Shown here piece by piece: positions 25,889 through 39,730 of a stretch of 64,000 bases of DNA (the stretch's first letter is position 1; every line of letters starts with the position of its first letter). The DNA comes from Phoronis australis (lineage: Eukaryota > Animalia > Phoronida). The translations under genes were made by a program, and so were the position numbers. The notes beneath the pieces were generated by a model. The model searched no databases and was not told the origin of the DNA. It saw nothing but the letters and a program-made list of their open reading frames with translations. The stretch lies in contig NMRA01000022.1 in assembly GCA_002633005.1 (NCBI GenBank), positions 1,652,502-1,716,501 on the forward strand. The letters are read 5' to 3'.

Positions 25889-26439
25889 ATCAGGTATAGA
25901 ACTGCTCTTTCAGCGGTGAATCCATCTAAAATGCTTGGCTACTTCAGAAGTGTCGACGGAAGCGCGCGCACAATAAATCCCCCGGCCGCGCGTTTTGCCG
26001 ATGAGCCACAAAGACTCAGCAATTCACAACGCAAAAAACTATATTTTCAGAGTGAACCCCCCCCCCTCAATTTTTTCCAAGTTGGTTTACATGGGGTTTA
26101 CACACGCTGGGGGTGCCGTTTTTGTTTTGCTGGAAACGCTTTTGTTTTTTTTTTAATTTTTGGGTCCTGGCCCGAGGGGGGCGTTTAAACCCCCTGAACC
26201 CCCCGGGGCCACGGCCCTACCTAAAATTCTACCAGATACCATTTGGGAGCTCGAATGCGAATTTGTGACTGGCACATGCGTGCAAACAAGGGGGCTCGGG
26301 GTGAATAAACAATGCATAGGCCCTGAACAAACCCCCGTTTACCGTTTTTTTTAGTCAACAGGTCCGCAAACCCAAAATTCGAGATCCCTGCATCCCCAAA
26401 ATTTAGGCTGGGTGCGCCAATTTGCCGACATTCTGGTAG

Positions 26440-26687
26440 GCAACATAGAAACGTACACTCGCTCCAGCTCAGTGCCGGAGCGGCTCATGCCAACATAATG
26501 ACGCCAATGCCACGGAGGTTGGGTTGTTAGTTTACTCTCTAGCCACGTTGTGTCGCAGCATTCTGTTATTGTTGGAAGTGAGGCTCGTCGTCCGTTTTGC
26601 AGGAATGTCGAATCATACCGTGACTAATTTCTTTGTTTTCTATGATCTTCTGTGAATGTGAACAGCCTTTATGTTCTAAATGTATGG
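26440..26687 (+). promoter_or_regulatory. Candidate promoter / non-coding first exon of TMEM198
   Basis: CpG-richer, apparently unique sequence ending at a consensus donor GG|gtgagt (26688-26693). The ATG-bearing exon has an acceptor, so an upstream exon is needed. The 5' boundary is a guess. Confidence 0.4.
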
Positions 26688-27182
26688 GTGAGTGTCCATT
26701 TCTTATCAATGCTTGGTGTCACACTTAACTTTCTGTACTGTTGTAAAAACAACCGGCGGTTTTCTGAATGTTCTTAGTCTCTGACTTTGAGGAACTGGTG
26801 TCTGATTAGACAGCGTCTGACAAGTGCCAGTGACCAACGTCTCGAGTTTCCTCGGTAGGACTTCATACGCCGGAAGCTTTTCATTGAATGATGCCTCATA
26901 CTGATAAAAAAGTCACGTTGTTATAAGTACCTTTTTCTCATATAGGAACACCTTGGGCTTAGGAGGTGTAAGTGCCATGAGACAATCACTAAATAACGGG
27001 CCCATTATTTAGTGGATGAAACTGTTTCTCTAAATCAGGGACCGCTATATCCGACCAGTGCCTTTCCTTACTTACAATTAGAATAAATAAAATGGCCCAG
27101 CTTTGATTTCTTGTCGGGGATTGATTAGACTTGTCAGTTGCTTTTGAGTACTAGTGCTTAGCTAGCGACTAGTACTAGTAGA

Positions 27183-27980
27183 CTCCGGTGACCTAAAGTC
27201 GTGAATATAAGCATAAAAAGCAGCTAATTGTACTACTACCCAATGTCTGTTAGCAACTGCTCATGTGATGTCATGGACATGCCTTCATAAATATACATGT
27301 TTTTCCAGTCTTAACTCGTGTTTGTCTCCGTAAGCAGAGTTTTGAAACGGTTGCTCATATCGCCAGCCATTTTGAATAAGGCCCTAAAGTCGTGACCGTT
27401 TCGTTTAGACGGAAATGCACGTAGTAAGGCCACACAAATCTACTAAAGTGCTTACAGTTGCTCTAGACAACTTAAAAACGCATTGCATTGTTTATTAATT
27501 CAGTTTCAATTGAAATAAACTATTAGGTGTTCTGCATCCAATTCCTATGTGCACAGACGTTTTCAATGAGGATGTTTACGTAAAACGTTAAGAACCCAGC
27601 TTCAATTATCTCTCTGTATTTTATTGCTTTGGCTTTAAAAACTTTATCGACCCTGGGACATTTTGATACATTGTTCAAGCTACCCCTGGAGCACGTGTTT
27701 GAGCAAATCTGAACAATGTATATTTTCGAAAATATATTCTGAAAATGTACAAAAAAGTGGATTAGTGAAATATGCTGTTTTTAAGATACATTTGAAATAA
27801 GAAGCCACTCATTCACTGTTTATTATCATGTTGTTAATATCAACATGTCCGGGTATTTGGTTGACGTTCGTAAGCAGACGAACGCTGGAAACTAAAACGC
27901 TACATGTCGCGGGACCACGTAGAAGAGGAAATACAATCGTTCACGACTTTAGGGCACTCACGACTTTAGGACCTCTGACG
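27183..27980. mobile_element. MITE with doubled sub-terminal motifs CCTAAAGTCGTGA
   Basis: Motif forward at ~27192 and ~27383, inverted (TCACGACTTTAGG) at 27941 and 27958. Confidence 0.7.
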
Positions 27981-30900
27981 GTACCAGTAGCTTTGGTTGG
28001 TGCAAAGCTGTATAAAAACTACAAATATACAGTTCTGCACTAACATGGATAAAAAAATTGCCAAATGAAATCCAACCCAAAATCAATGTCATTTTACACT
28101 CTTCATTCAGTAAACTAAACTAAATCAGATACCAGTGCTAAAAAATGCTGTTCTACCGTTATTTTGCTGCTTAAGTTGTGAAGCGAGCTCATGTGACCCT
28201 CCTTGAAATGCTGATACCTCACAAACGCCTTGTTTTGGGACATGGAACGATTCCCAAAGGCTTTTTGGAGGTGTCGATATGTTGCTGCTGCAGATGTGCT
28301 GATGTTGAAGGAAAATCTCTTCGCCCAAAAGACCAGACTGACTATCTAAGCTACATGGCCGGGAACGCTAAAGAAGAAGAAGAAGGAAAATCTGAGGCAC
28401 ATTCTTTGTGCCTGTTAATCAACCATTGCAAAATTGCCAATTACGTCAAAGCTACCTGACTTAGAATCCAAGAAGCTCAGCAGTGCACGTGCTCCACAGC
28501 TGCTTGAGTTGCCACTTGTGCACAAATTCGTGAAGGGCAGCATTTGAAACTGACCGTGAATTGCTCAATTGCGTTTGCTATCACATAAGAATGTTTTAAT
28601 AGTTCCTGTTTTTACTTATTAACACATTTCTGCATTTCAAGGATATGATTTTTGATATCCCTTTGTCAAGGACCATGGTTGTGTCAGTTTTTGGGAACCA
28701 TCGTGTGTTGTTTGAGGAGACCAGGTCAGGCCCAGTCTCGCCATATTTCTCTATTGAACTTGATGACTCGGAACTTGGCTGCTCTGCTGTTGGAATTTCT
28801 TTCTACCAGTTTCAGAGCTAGGCTTGTTCACACATGCAATAGTCTGTGAAACAATTTGCAGTAGAATGGACTGAAGCAGTAGAACCTGATTGTATTCAGA
28901 GTAACAATTGGTCAAATTGACTTATTGAGAGGTCAAACTTTATCTTAAGGTGATTGGCAGGTGCTCAACATGGTTCCTAAAAAGTACCATTTTCGTTTGG
29001 TTACCACCCAGGGTGCTTATATGGGGAACTAAAAAATCAAGGTGGGTGTTATGCTGGGTATGGGCACTTAAAATAAAATTTTTGAGAAGCGAGTGTTAAC
29101 AAGTTCTTGAATCATGGTCGATCGTGAACTATGGTACACTGACATCGAATTTCACATGCAAGAGTCTAATAACTTATCGATGGATTGCAGATAATGCAGT
29201 AAGGAGCTTAGTGTCTACATTGGAGTGATCACCTGTAGTTGTTTAGTGGCATGACCCAGCTTTTTAGACAATCTACTGATGCAAACATTAATCTCACATG
29301 ATCTTGTCACATGCTACTTATGCGAATGCTTTCACAGTTTTTGCACAGGAGTACAACACTATTAGAATGTGCATTCTTGAGTCAAAAGTACCATAAGATT
29401 TCACATCTCCTTTAGTAAAGAGTAGTATAGTGCGAGTATTTTCTGACCCGATTAAGGCAACGTTCTGCTAAGACTGGCTGATTGTTAAGTTAAAGGCTTG
29501 CGAATTTTGTACCTTTTGAGCTGAAATTCAGATCAAATGGTTATTCTCAAAGACCCGGGCACCTTTTAAGAAAGCCTGGGATGTATGGACTGGGTGGTAA
29601 GCTGAGCATAGGCACTAAAATTGAAAATTTGGGAATCTGAGAAGTGGCCGATAAGTTGAGCATGGTCGTTAACCTAGTGTAGCGTATTAGGGTATGCTTG
29701 TAGCCATTGTGGGTACTTGTGTGGTCGTTAATGTTTAGGTTTGATTCCTTGCTTGAATATTAAGTTTGTTCTGCCTTTATCATTAGCTGTCTCTGGAGTT
29801 AATATAGACCACTATGCAATTGCCTTTATAGTCAATTATTAGATGCAAGTGAGCTGTGAAGAGACTGTGTGTGACGTCAGGTTGTGTGATTGCCAGCAAA
29901 TGTTTTCTTTTGTATTATAATGAGTAGTGATACTAACATCAAGAAATTGACAAACTGGGCAGGTAAACCTGTGGAAGCCCGATACATCATTCTTCGCTTT
30001 TCTATCTTAACTCAGAACTTTAAACATCCATCGTACAATGTTTTTTACCTCCTTAAAAGAAGAAAGTTCACTCTGGGACATTGCTATAATTTGACTGCTG
30101 GCATTCTTAAAGTTACTTAATTTCACCTGCACTCTGCTGTAGCCATACACATTTTTTTTATCCCATACACTCTCACTTAGACCCATTTGGTGGTGTCACG
30201 TGAAGGGTTTGCAGACTACTAAGTTCCGTCCAACATTAGAGCCGTGGGTGTAGACACACGGTGTGCATTTTGTAGAGATGAGAAACTCACGAAAACACAA
30301 GGCCTCGCAAGATATCGCTGTGTATTGCAAGCAGAGCACTTCACAATAGTTCCTTAGCAAGATATTTGCCGAACTACGGAACTTGACCCTCATTTAAAAC
30401 TTTCACACCAATTTTGGACCAAAATAACTGACAAAACTGACCTGTTCTATTTTTCAAGGGCTTCTAACACAAGTTTTTGAAATATTGTCAAGTGTTACAG
30501 AACTAAACATATTTTTATGAAAAAAAGGGAAAATGAAAACTCTCTGTTCAAAGTATGTTGTCCTAAATTGGTGAGATTTTACGGAATCTACTCCTTAACA
30601 GATATATATGGGATAGTACCCTGTTGAAATGTGATTGTGGACTGATTGCAAAGTACATGACAAATGTGAAACAGGTGCTTGCCTGAGTCACGCATTGCGT
30701 ATTTGGCAGGACAACCAGCCTTTCTCCTTTCTGAAAAAATACAGTACATCTGAGTGAGTCAGCTGTAAGACCAAATTTAAGGGTTCAGGTAGTTGCAGTG
30801 AGAATGGTCTATCATTGATTGGCATTGCCTTCTGACAAGGTAAACGAGTGAAACAGCTGCTAACTGATGTATTCTGATAAGACAATCTGTTTTCACAAAA

Positions 30901-32943
30901 AAGTTTGTAATGTTTAAAATATTAACAGACTGTTTGATGGGGCATGGTATTTTTTCCCCTCCGGTGACTCTGTTGATAGCTAGGATAGGGACTCTAATGT
31001 TGATGTCTGGGCTTTATTCAGGTTACAAGAGGGGGTAATCAGGAATCGAAGAACAGGCGTTTTAAACGTAATGTTTCGCTCTATTTCTAAAAGCATCAGA
31101 TGGTTTTAGCACACAACTTAGTCACATGACAACAAAGTTAAAACTGAATAGGACCACTGATTATATATATACGGTAGTTAAATAATAGTTATGACCATGA
31201 TATTTTACAATTTGTGACGGGTAGGAAATCATTCTGATCTAAAATTTGTTCTGACTGCGAACTAGTCTGGAATAACTCTAATGCAAAAGCAGCTAAAATT
31301 AAACTCTGAACTCAAAGCAAATTTTGCTTATAAATTTGAAGACAAACCAATGACGGGGCTGTTAGCTCAGGTATTTTGTTCAATGGGCCAAACCATGAGG
31401 CATGTGCACGTCTGATGCACCGCAAATGACATCAGACCAGCTGCTCTGTTTTTTTCAATGTTGAAAGCTTTTTGCATATTTAAAAATCTAACTTAAAATA
31501 GATATTACAGGCATTTCGGTTCTGCTTGTTTCAAAGTCTACTACGGTAATTATAAAATTAACAAAACCGTGGTCAGTGTGCTCTAAACCATGTGAACTGA
31601 TACAAAAAATCCAAATCTGTCCGAATGGTGATAGCATCACTTCAAGGATATTATTAATTCTGTCAACCATTTTTGCAGACTTTGTTAGGTTAACCTGATA
31701 ACATGTATGTTCCCAGGGTTCACCTGACAAGGGCAGTATCCCTAGAACCGTCACAATCAGTCATAGTACTGCAGTCATGGTGCTGCTGTTACGAACAGCT
31801 GGCTTAACCCCATTGTCTGCCAGGGTTCACAACACATTGATGTCGGCAGATAGACGGAAATAATCCTGCTTATTTGCATGCTTTCATGAATATGCCGAGA
31901 TTCTGAGTGTCACCAAATTTCAATGGATTAATAATGGGAAAAATTATTCATGACATACCTGTTTTTTTTTGATTCATTCAAATTTGCGATCGTTATCAGT
32001 ATCATAAAATCACTGATGCTGGCGAATGCGTTGCTTATTAGTTAGTAGTAAAAATGATCTAGTGACATGCCCAGTAATTGAAAATAATGTTTTGATTTCG
32101 TGAATTAACAGAAAGTATGACCACCACATGAGAACACGACTCACAATTTGCACCTTGTTTGAATTTTTGTACAGTGTGGTCCCTGTTAAAACATGGTATT
32201 TTTGTGGTTGATTATTTCAGCTTCTAAAACACTTGTACCTGCACGGCACATGTAATCCAAAGTCAGCACTGTGCCTTAGCTTACACAGGAAATAGCTTGC
32301 AACTTCCTGTCCAGTTGGTGACCCAAATTGGCATTTCGTTCAAACGCCCACCCAGACAGAAAAATTTTTGTCATCAAACTCTCATGGCTGACTTTGAAGC
32401 CAGTTCTTTGAATGATTCGTTGTTATTTTTTTAGGTTTGTTTACAACCATTTGAAAACTAGAGTTAAATATCAATTCTGAACTCATAGCACTATACTTTA
32501 ATTTGACTTTTTGTCACGGAAAAAAACTGTGAACACTGGCGATGGACAAGAGGGAAGGGCACCACATTTTTCAGAAAGGCTGTGGCAGATTTCACTTGAA
32601 TTAATTAAATAAACATAGACATATAGCAAATTGATAATCGTAAGAAAACACTAGAAGAATATTTCATAAGATGCTAACTGTATGTATGCTGGTGTTTTAG
32701 GTAGAGTTGTTCCAGGTGTGGAAGTGTTCCCGTCAGCTTAAAACCTAGAAGTATCTGACATCAAATCTACAGACTTCTAGAAAGAATACTTATACCTAGC
32801 TGAATTTTTTTAGGTTTTTTAGATATTTCGCTGAATGCGCAGACTTGCGGATAAGGTCCTAAAATACCTTAATTAATAATCCTGTGTACTATTTTAAAAC
32901 GTATGACCAACAGTGTTCCCATGTCACCACATATTACGATCTA

Positions 32944-33192
32944 GGGGCCGCTCCAAGAAAACAGACTTAGCTAAGATAAATCTTAAACATACCGGTAAGT
33001 CAATTTTAAGATAAAACTTAAGTTTGTCTGAGGGCTGTTCTAAGAAAGTGATTTTAAGTTTAACTTAAGTTTTTGGCTTAATTTTTGTCTTAAGTTTGAC
33101 ATAACTTACCAGATGTGAATGTTTCAAAGTTTGAGTTAAGTCTTAGACTTAAATCAGAAAAGAACTTCAGTTGGTTTCTTGGAACGGGCCCC
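32944..33192. mobile_element. ~250-bp PIF/Harbinger-like MITE
   Basis: GGGGCCGCTCCAAGAAA ... TTTCTTGGAACGGGCCCC inverted ends with CTAG/CTGG-type flanks; internal ACTTAAG/TCTTAA repeats. Confidence 0.7.
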
Positions 33193-33766
33193 TGGCATGC
33201 ATAGATTTCAAAAACCAGTGTCTCAATTGCTCGTCCATTGTTGATTTTTGAAGACATCAGTACCTACAGCCACAGGTCAATCGTAACAATATGCATAGGT
33301 GAAAAATTCTTAAAAATCCTCACTTGTCACAAACTTATGCCGAGTAGATACTCCGCCATATAAGATTTGCTGCTGAGTCAGAAGTGAGATTCATTAAGGA
33401 ATGATGGAATAACAAGGCCAAATATTCACTGTCCTAGGTGTTTTCCTGGGAATAACTGACTCCGGTAAACAGTATAAACATAATAACGAACAACAGTATC
33501 AAAAGTAATTAAGTAAAATTGCTAAATAGTTAGAATATTCAGACAATTGAGAAAATATTGAAAACAAGATAAGGCAAAACTAAGTTAGTGGTGGTCTCTG
33601 GCGACTGTTTGGGGGGGGGGTGACGACCAGTAATGAACGATGGAATGCCAAGTGATGGCTAAATAACTCCAGAAAGAAACCTCGACATGGTTCCAAATGG
33701 TATAATATATAAGTATTAATGAAAGTTAAAAGTAAAAGCAAGAATCCCATTGAGCCTGAACTATTC

Positions 33767-33877
33767 GTATGAACTCCTACCCAGTGGAGCCCAACAGCCT
33801 GGCGTATGAACTGCTACCTGGTGGAGCCTGACCGCCTGGCATATAAACTCCTACCCGGTGGAGCCCGACCGCCTGGC
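33767..33877. repeat. 37-bp minisatellite x3
   Basis: GTATGAACTCCTACCCAGTGGAGCCCAACAGCCTGGC variants at 33767, 33804 and 33841. Confidence 0.9.
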
Positions 33878-36859
33878 CTGTGCGGAAATCTGCTCTGCGG
33901 CACAGGATGAAACATTAATTAGCTTCGCTCGCCTGGAGTGTGACAAAGAGATTAAAAAATACTGCATCATTCTCCCTAACACTACAATATTTCCCATCGC
34001 CGATATTCAACTCATAGACTACAGTTGACTACACTCCCCCCCCCCCGTTTGTGTTTTCAATTGTGGAATTTTTATTTTTAGACAATGGAGGTATTGATTG
34101 CATGTTTTGAAATATGTTTTGTCTAATAATTGAAAATTAAAGTCAACGCAGTGAGTGATTATTTTCCCGGCGAAGTCATACATGGCAACTGCCGTCCGGG
34201 AAACTCTGCCGGTTGTCATGTCCGGGCAATAAAAATCAAGCAATGGTGCTGTTATTGCAATTCAGGTGAGAAGTGCAGTTTTGAGACAAAACATATTTCT
34301 GCTGAAACACCACCGTATATGGATATTTATTTTTTATGCTTTACATTTTTAGTGGCTAGTAAAGCCGGTGCCGACTTGGCTGCGGAGTTACATGGAAATG
34401 CGCTCACACGTCCAAGTAGTCAAACAGCAATTGTTAGCACTTTGCAAGTTTAATTATACAGGGATAAAGAAAATACATTTGCCAGTCTAGAAAGGTTTTT
34501 CCTCTAATTTATTACCAGATTGGGCACTGTTGCTGAAATACATGACGTACCCTTGCGATGAGTCGGGGCTGACTTTAGTAGTGTTGTCAGCGGGAGATGT
34601 GACATATTTACAAACTTATGACTGCATTAAATACCACTGGTCACATGCAAAGAATAGATAAAATTGGACAATAAATTATCAAATTTGTGTAAATAGAACC
34701 AAAACGAGAATCAAAACAACCAAACAAAATAACAACGCTTTTACGCTCATGCTGGTATCTACATGTTTTCAAGGACAACATGACCGTCATTCAGGAATCG
34801 TTCCTTAAATGACACACAAGGAACTGGGGTCACAGAAATAGATGGGAATAGTCGATGATTTTTTGATCTTGGCTGAAGGTACAAACTTGTGCTTAAAAGG
34901 GCTTTTAGTTTGATGATAGAACGAACGTAAACGTTATGTTGTACATGTTACATAAAACTTAATGTGGTATATATTTTCAAGTTTTTGAACTAGATTACCC
35001 TTTGAGATAAGGACTCTAAGTCCAATTTGCTTTTCTTCATTATTGACGAAAATCCACTACACAGGATGCATGTGGTAATGCGATTGACTGGTTGACCCTA
35101 CATTTAGCACCTGAAAGTTTATCTCTAGCCACCATAACCCTCTATTGAAACCTACACTGCATTTGTGGTGTGACCAGGAAGCTCCTGTTGCTGTGATGAG
35201 GTAATAATGTCCTGTTTGTCCTGTAGACAGGGGATGTTAGGATGTTTGCCAAGGGTGATTACATGGATGGTTGTATTAACAAATTGTTGTCCATGTCTTT
35301 TCATGCCAACGTGTTTAGTTGAGTCGCTGGTAGTTTGTAAAACTTGAAAATAGCATTATCTTAAATGTGTTTTTGAGAAATTTTACGAAATTGGAACTTT
35401 TTCTATTTTTAGGTTAATTTCTGGTTTCATTGGTCAAGAATTTCCATGAGAATTCAACAGAGTAGCTTTCAATTAAACTTCCTTGCTGTCCCATATCTGA
35501 AAACCATTGTTGTGGCTCATGTTTTGGGTGTGGAACCCTTTGGTACCCCAGAGTCAAGTCTTTGCATAGAACTCAATTTGTTTACCAGGATTGTAATGTG
35601 ATGGAAACTTTCTGGTCTGCTGTAATTCAATGATTGTTTCCAAAAAAAACATAATTTTCTTATCCTCTCGTTGATGGATGTTTTTTTTGGCAAACTACAC
35701 GAGTCAGATATAATTAATTTAGTCACTTGTTTGTGAAAGTATCACATTCACCGCCAAAGGCGTAGAAAGATACTGAGCTTCAATTGAACTTTTTAGGAAG
35801 TAAGTGTCACAATCCTTTCAAATCGAAAAAAGTATTTATGTCAGAAACCATGAATTTGGGAATTCAGTAGATGGTCCTATTTGTCTCTTCTGTTGCTTTA
35901 AAAATTAGCTTATATCACGTTTGTTATCAAGTCTTGAAATGTGCATGTATTATCAATGGTAAAAAATTGAAAAGTTCTGAATCATCTTTTAATATAGCCT
36001 TGGTACAAAGCTGTATAGGTAAATATATACAACTTTGCACCGATGTGGGTAAAAAAGTGGTAAGATAAAATCTGACACAAAATTAGTGTCGTTAAAAACT
36101 ACAGTCTTCCTTGAGTAAACACAATTATTTAACAGTGTTGGAAAAAATGGCGTTCTACCGTTATTCTGCTGCTAAAGTTGTGGAGCGATCTTTAGCGACG
36201 GCTTTCGGCACCATGAAATATTGCGTCACCTATTGGCCAGTTTCTTTTTTCGCCGATACTTCAATCAACTGCTGTTCTTTCATGAGCTTGCGTACATGTC
36301 ACAACAAATTATTGGAACTGGTTTCACTTCATTACAAGTTTTTAGAATTTCGATACCGAAAAACCGAATTTCAGAACAAATTTTGCTTCTCCGAAGTTGT
36401 CGCGAAAATTTAGAAAATGGCGCGTGTGCGTGACACGAGCGTATTGTTTTCAAAACGACGACAAATTTTTCGTTGTTAGAAAAGGCGGAGAGTTACGCAA
36501 AAAAAAATGACATTTTTTGCATTGCTTTTCACTTAAACAGCTGTAACAGGCAAGGTGAGTATCGGTTGATTCCCAAATTTTGCATGCACCCCTTCCGGTC
36601 TTTAGCTTTACATTTTGATACAAGTTTCACGGCGCGGTGACGAGCAGAACTACCCTGGCTGCGTGCAATTTCGGGGTCAACGGAAGAAATACACACAGTG
36701 GAACCTAGCTGTATTTTGACGACAGTCTTTTTACTGCTAGCTGGCTCGCTACTTTCAATAATGCTACCAACCAAATGAAGTTGATTGTTGTTGTTTCTGC
36801 GGATTCGATGTTCACTTGATTTATTTGAATTTGCAATATGCGACTTCGGCTTGATCTAG

Positions 36860-37128
36860 CCAATAGGATGGTCCCAGGTTACACAATGACACTTGAACCT
36901 TGGAGTATTGACCCACAATGCTGCAATGTCCATTGAGCAGTTCTTTGGCCTTGCTTTCGCACCATTGGAGTTTCTCATGTAATTTTTTGCTTTTTCAAGT
37001 TTTTCTAGACTGCTTTCATTGACATTTTCCTCTGCAATTCTTAGAGTCAGCCCGACATTTGTAGAATGAAGCCAATGCGTTTTCTTACAAAGTACATTTC
37101 TATTCCAGTCTGGCCTATTACATAGCAC
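36860..37128 (-). pseudogene. Degenerate coding relic, unidentified family (probably transposon-derived), related to 62472-62711
   Basis: W.HST...L.L and NGAKAR.KNC..D.A...V motifs are shared with 62472-62711, with synonymous codon differences. Confidence 0.5.
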
Positions 37129-39424
37129 TGCATGGTTCTTTTTGTCTGAGTGAATGGTTTCAAGCTATTAAATTTCTTGAACAAAAATGGCTGAACTTAA
37201 CCCTTGTAGCTGAGAAGGTTAAATGTACTTTGTTAGCTGACTAAATGTACCTTCAAGTGTTATATTCCCATTACACCAGTTCCAGGTTTATGAATCAGCT
37301 GTATAAATATTTCTAGTGTGATCCTGCACAAACCCTCTGGTGTTTTCACAACATCCTACAACTATCTGACATTGTAGATCTGAATGCAACTGGTATCACC
37401 TTTAGTCTGTCTACTTTCATCCATCCAGTTATCAAAACAGTGACCAGTGTTAATGCAGGTAGTATTTGTCAGCTAATTGTGCTTCAATGCCAGTCTAGTC
37501 TCACTCAGCTCTTCATTCCACTCCCTCTGTTGTAAGTGTGGTAGATTTATGTTTTGTAGAAGCCATAAGGCTTATGGAGAAGTGTTTGGTATCTTCTTTT
37601 TATCAAAATGGTATACTTGTTGTGTTAACTTGTGCCGTTTTTTAGATTATTTGAATTGTCTAAATTTTAGCTTTTGATGGTTGAGTGTTTTTTGTGGTTT
37701 GTCTCAATGACATTCTAACTTAAATGTTGGCGGATGTCTTGTAGACTTCAAACCTTAACATTTCGTAATTTCCCATTCAATCGTCTTTTTGAATCCGTAG
37801 TGGAGATCATGTAATTGATTGCCCTTACAGATAGGAGATCTCTTGGAGGTACTTGTCAACCTTTATCACTATTGTATAAAATTGTCCTACATATTTCATT
37901 GTTATTTATTGATAACAGTTCTGTGAACTCAATTGTTTATGCACCAAGTGTATGAGTTGTTAAGTACGTACAACTACCAATTACATAACAAATCAGACTT
38001 AATTGTCCATTTTCAGGCTTTTGATTTTTGAATGGTTCAGCAGTATTCAACATAGGTGTGACATTGTGCTCTTTGTTTTTTGGCTTATGGTAGAGGAAAC
38101 CATATCTCAGATGTTTGATTTTCTTTCAAAGGAAGTACCGGTGTCTGATGGAAGTATCGGCTGTGAGATAGCAAGACTTGGGACATTTTTAAGGAGAGGC
38201 TTTGATGGTTCTTTGAATGTTCACAGTTCCCTGCATATTGCCAATGAGGTCATAGTTTAAACACGAAGTCACCCACTGAGTTTAGAAAATTGTGTTTAAA
38301 GAAATAATATCTTTTTCAGAAGCAAATCACAGCCACGTGATTATAAACGATTGTGTGATGTCGTTAGGAGACATTATCGGTTTTATGGCCAACACCTACT
38401 CTTGTTGTTGGACGGGTCAGTCTTCTTGAAGTTGTTAGTTGTGACCAGAGGTATAAAACAGGAAAATCTGTTGTGTTTTTATGATTTTATTACAAATCAT
38501 TAATTTTCACTGTCTGAAATCAAGCTGGATGACATGACCAGTTGACTACACTTCAATACATTTATTGAGTGGCATTTAGCTCTGCCAGTAGATTAGTAGT
38601 CTTTGATTGTCGACATTGTAGGCTCAATTCCACGCTGAAGTTGATCTAAGAAAATTACATTTCTCACACTGTCGCTTTAAGGCATGAGCTAAGGTTTTCC
38701 TATGGAGGATTCAGACAGGTTAAAAATGGATAGTTACTTGATGAAATGTGAAAGGACTTCATGAAGGTTGACAGTTACCTGAAAGTTTTAATTTCAAAAT
38801 TAAACATCGCTTGTTGAAGCAGGTGACTGGGTGCACAGTGATGACCAGAGCATGTCTGTTGATGGACAGGGATAGGGAACATTTCATGTATGAGCAATAC
38901 AAATGCATCAGATCAGGAGGGGCGTCCCTACCCTCTTAATCCCCGTTTGGATCGGCTTCTTACGTTCAAAGTGTTCTGTTCAACAACTGCTCATGGGACG
39001 TTGGTCACATATGTCCAGCAAACACATCACCTGTTGCTTTTGTTATGATAGTTGGTTCAAAAAGTGCAGATGAAAACACAGCTCTTAGAGGCTGCCACCA
39101 GTGACCAGTTGGTCTCATGCACCTAATGACCTACCTCTGGGTTACTGATGAGGTCAAGCACTAGTTGTAATGAGGTAGCAATTATTATATCAGTTTGTTG
39201 GGTCAGCCACATGTTGGGGATTATGGTTCAAGTTGAGACTGAAGTAGATTCAGATTGCTGGAATGGTCTTGCGATCTGCTGACATTCTGTTGATTACGGT
39301 TTAGTCTTGGATTTATCACGTTGAGTGGTTAGAATTGAATATGTGAGGGTGTGAATACCATTTAACAACCTGTCAGTGTTCTGTACTAACTGTTATTATG
39401 AACTTTTGTATTTTCAGACCCTTG

Positions 39425-39511
39425 ATGGCCGGGATCATTGACACTCTTGACTGTTGCTGTGAACAGTGCCGGCAAAAAATCAACGTGTTGTCTAATCTCG
39501 TCATACCCTAG
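39425..39511 (+). other. Upstream ORF in the TMEM198 leader (MAGIIDTLDCCCEQCRQKINVLSNLVIP*)
   Basis: ATG at 39425 lies inside the exon starting at 39418. TAG at 39509-39511 ends 2 nt before the main ATG. Confidence 0.6.
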
Positions 39512-39513
39512 TC

Positions 39514-39730
39514 ATGACTCTGAATAATTCTCTTTGGTCGACATCGTCGTCCATGCTGTCAACGGTACTGTCATCGACGACTACCAAAAATCCAGGGTTC
39601 GTCAAACCAAAAGGGCGGATCCCGTTAGTTTACGTGTGTGAGTCGTGGGACAGACTGTTCTGGTATGAGGCGGCCATTGCAGTCATCTGTGCAATATGTG
39701 GCATCTTCGGCATTCTTTACACATTCTTTG
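39514..39730 (+). CDS. TMEM198: TMEM198 coding exon 1 (MTLNNSLWS...AICGIFGILYTFFG)
   Basis: Acceptor ttttcag at 39411-39417, ATG 39514, first TM helix, donor G|gtaagt at 39731, phase 1. Confidence 0.9.

Noticed and set aside
33325-33945. TGTCAC...GTGACA ends suggesting a solo LTR
   Set aside because: Flanks (CACT / AAGA) give no target-site duplication, so the evidence is too thin.
39145-39180. CTGATGAG hammerhead core half
   Set aside because: No stem II followed by GAAA downstream.
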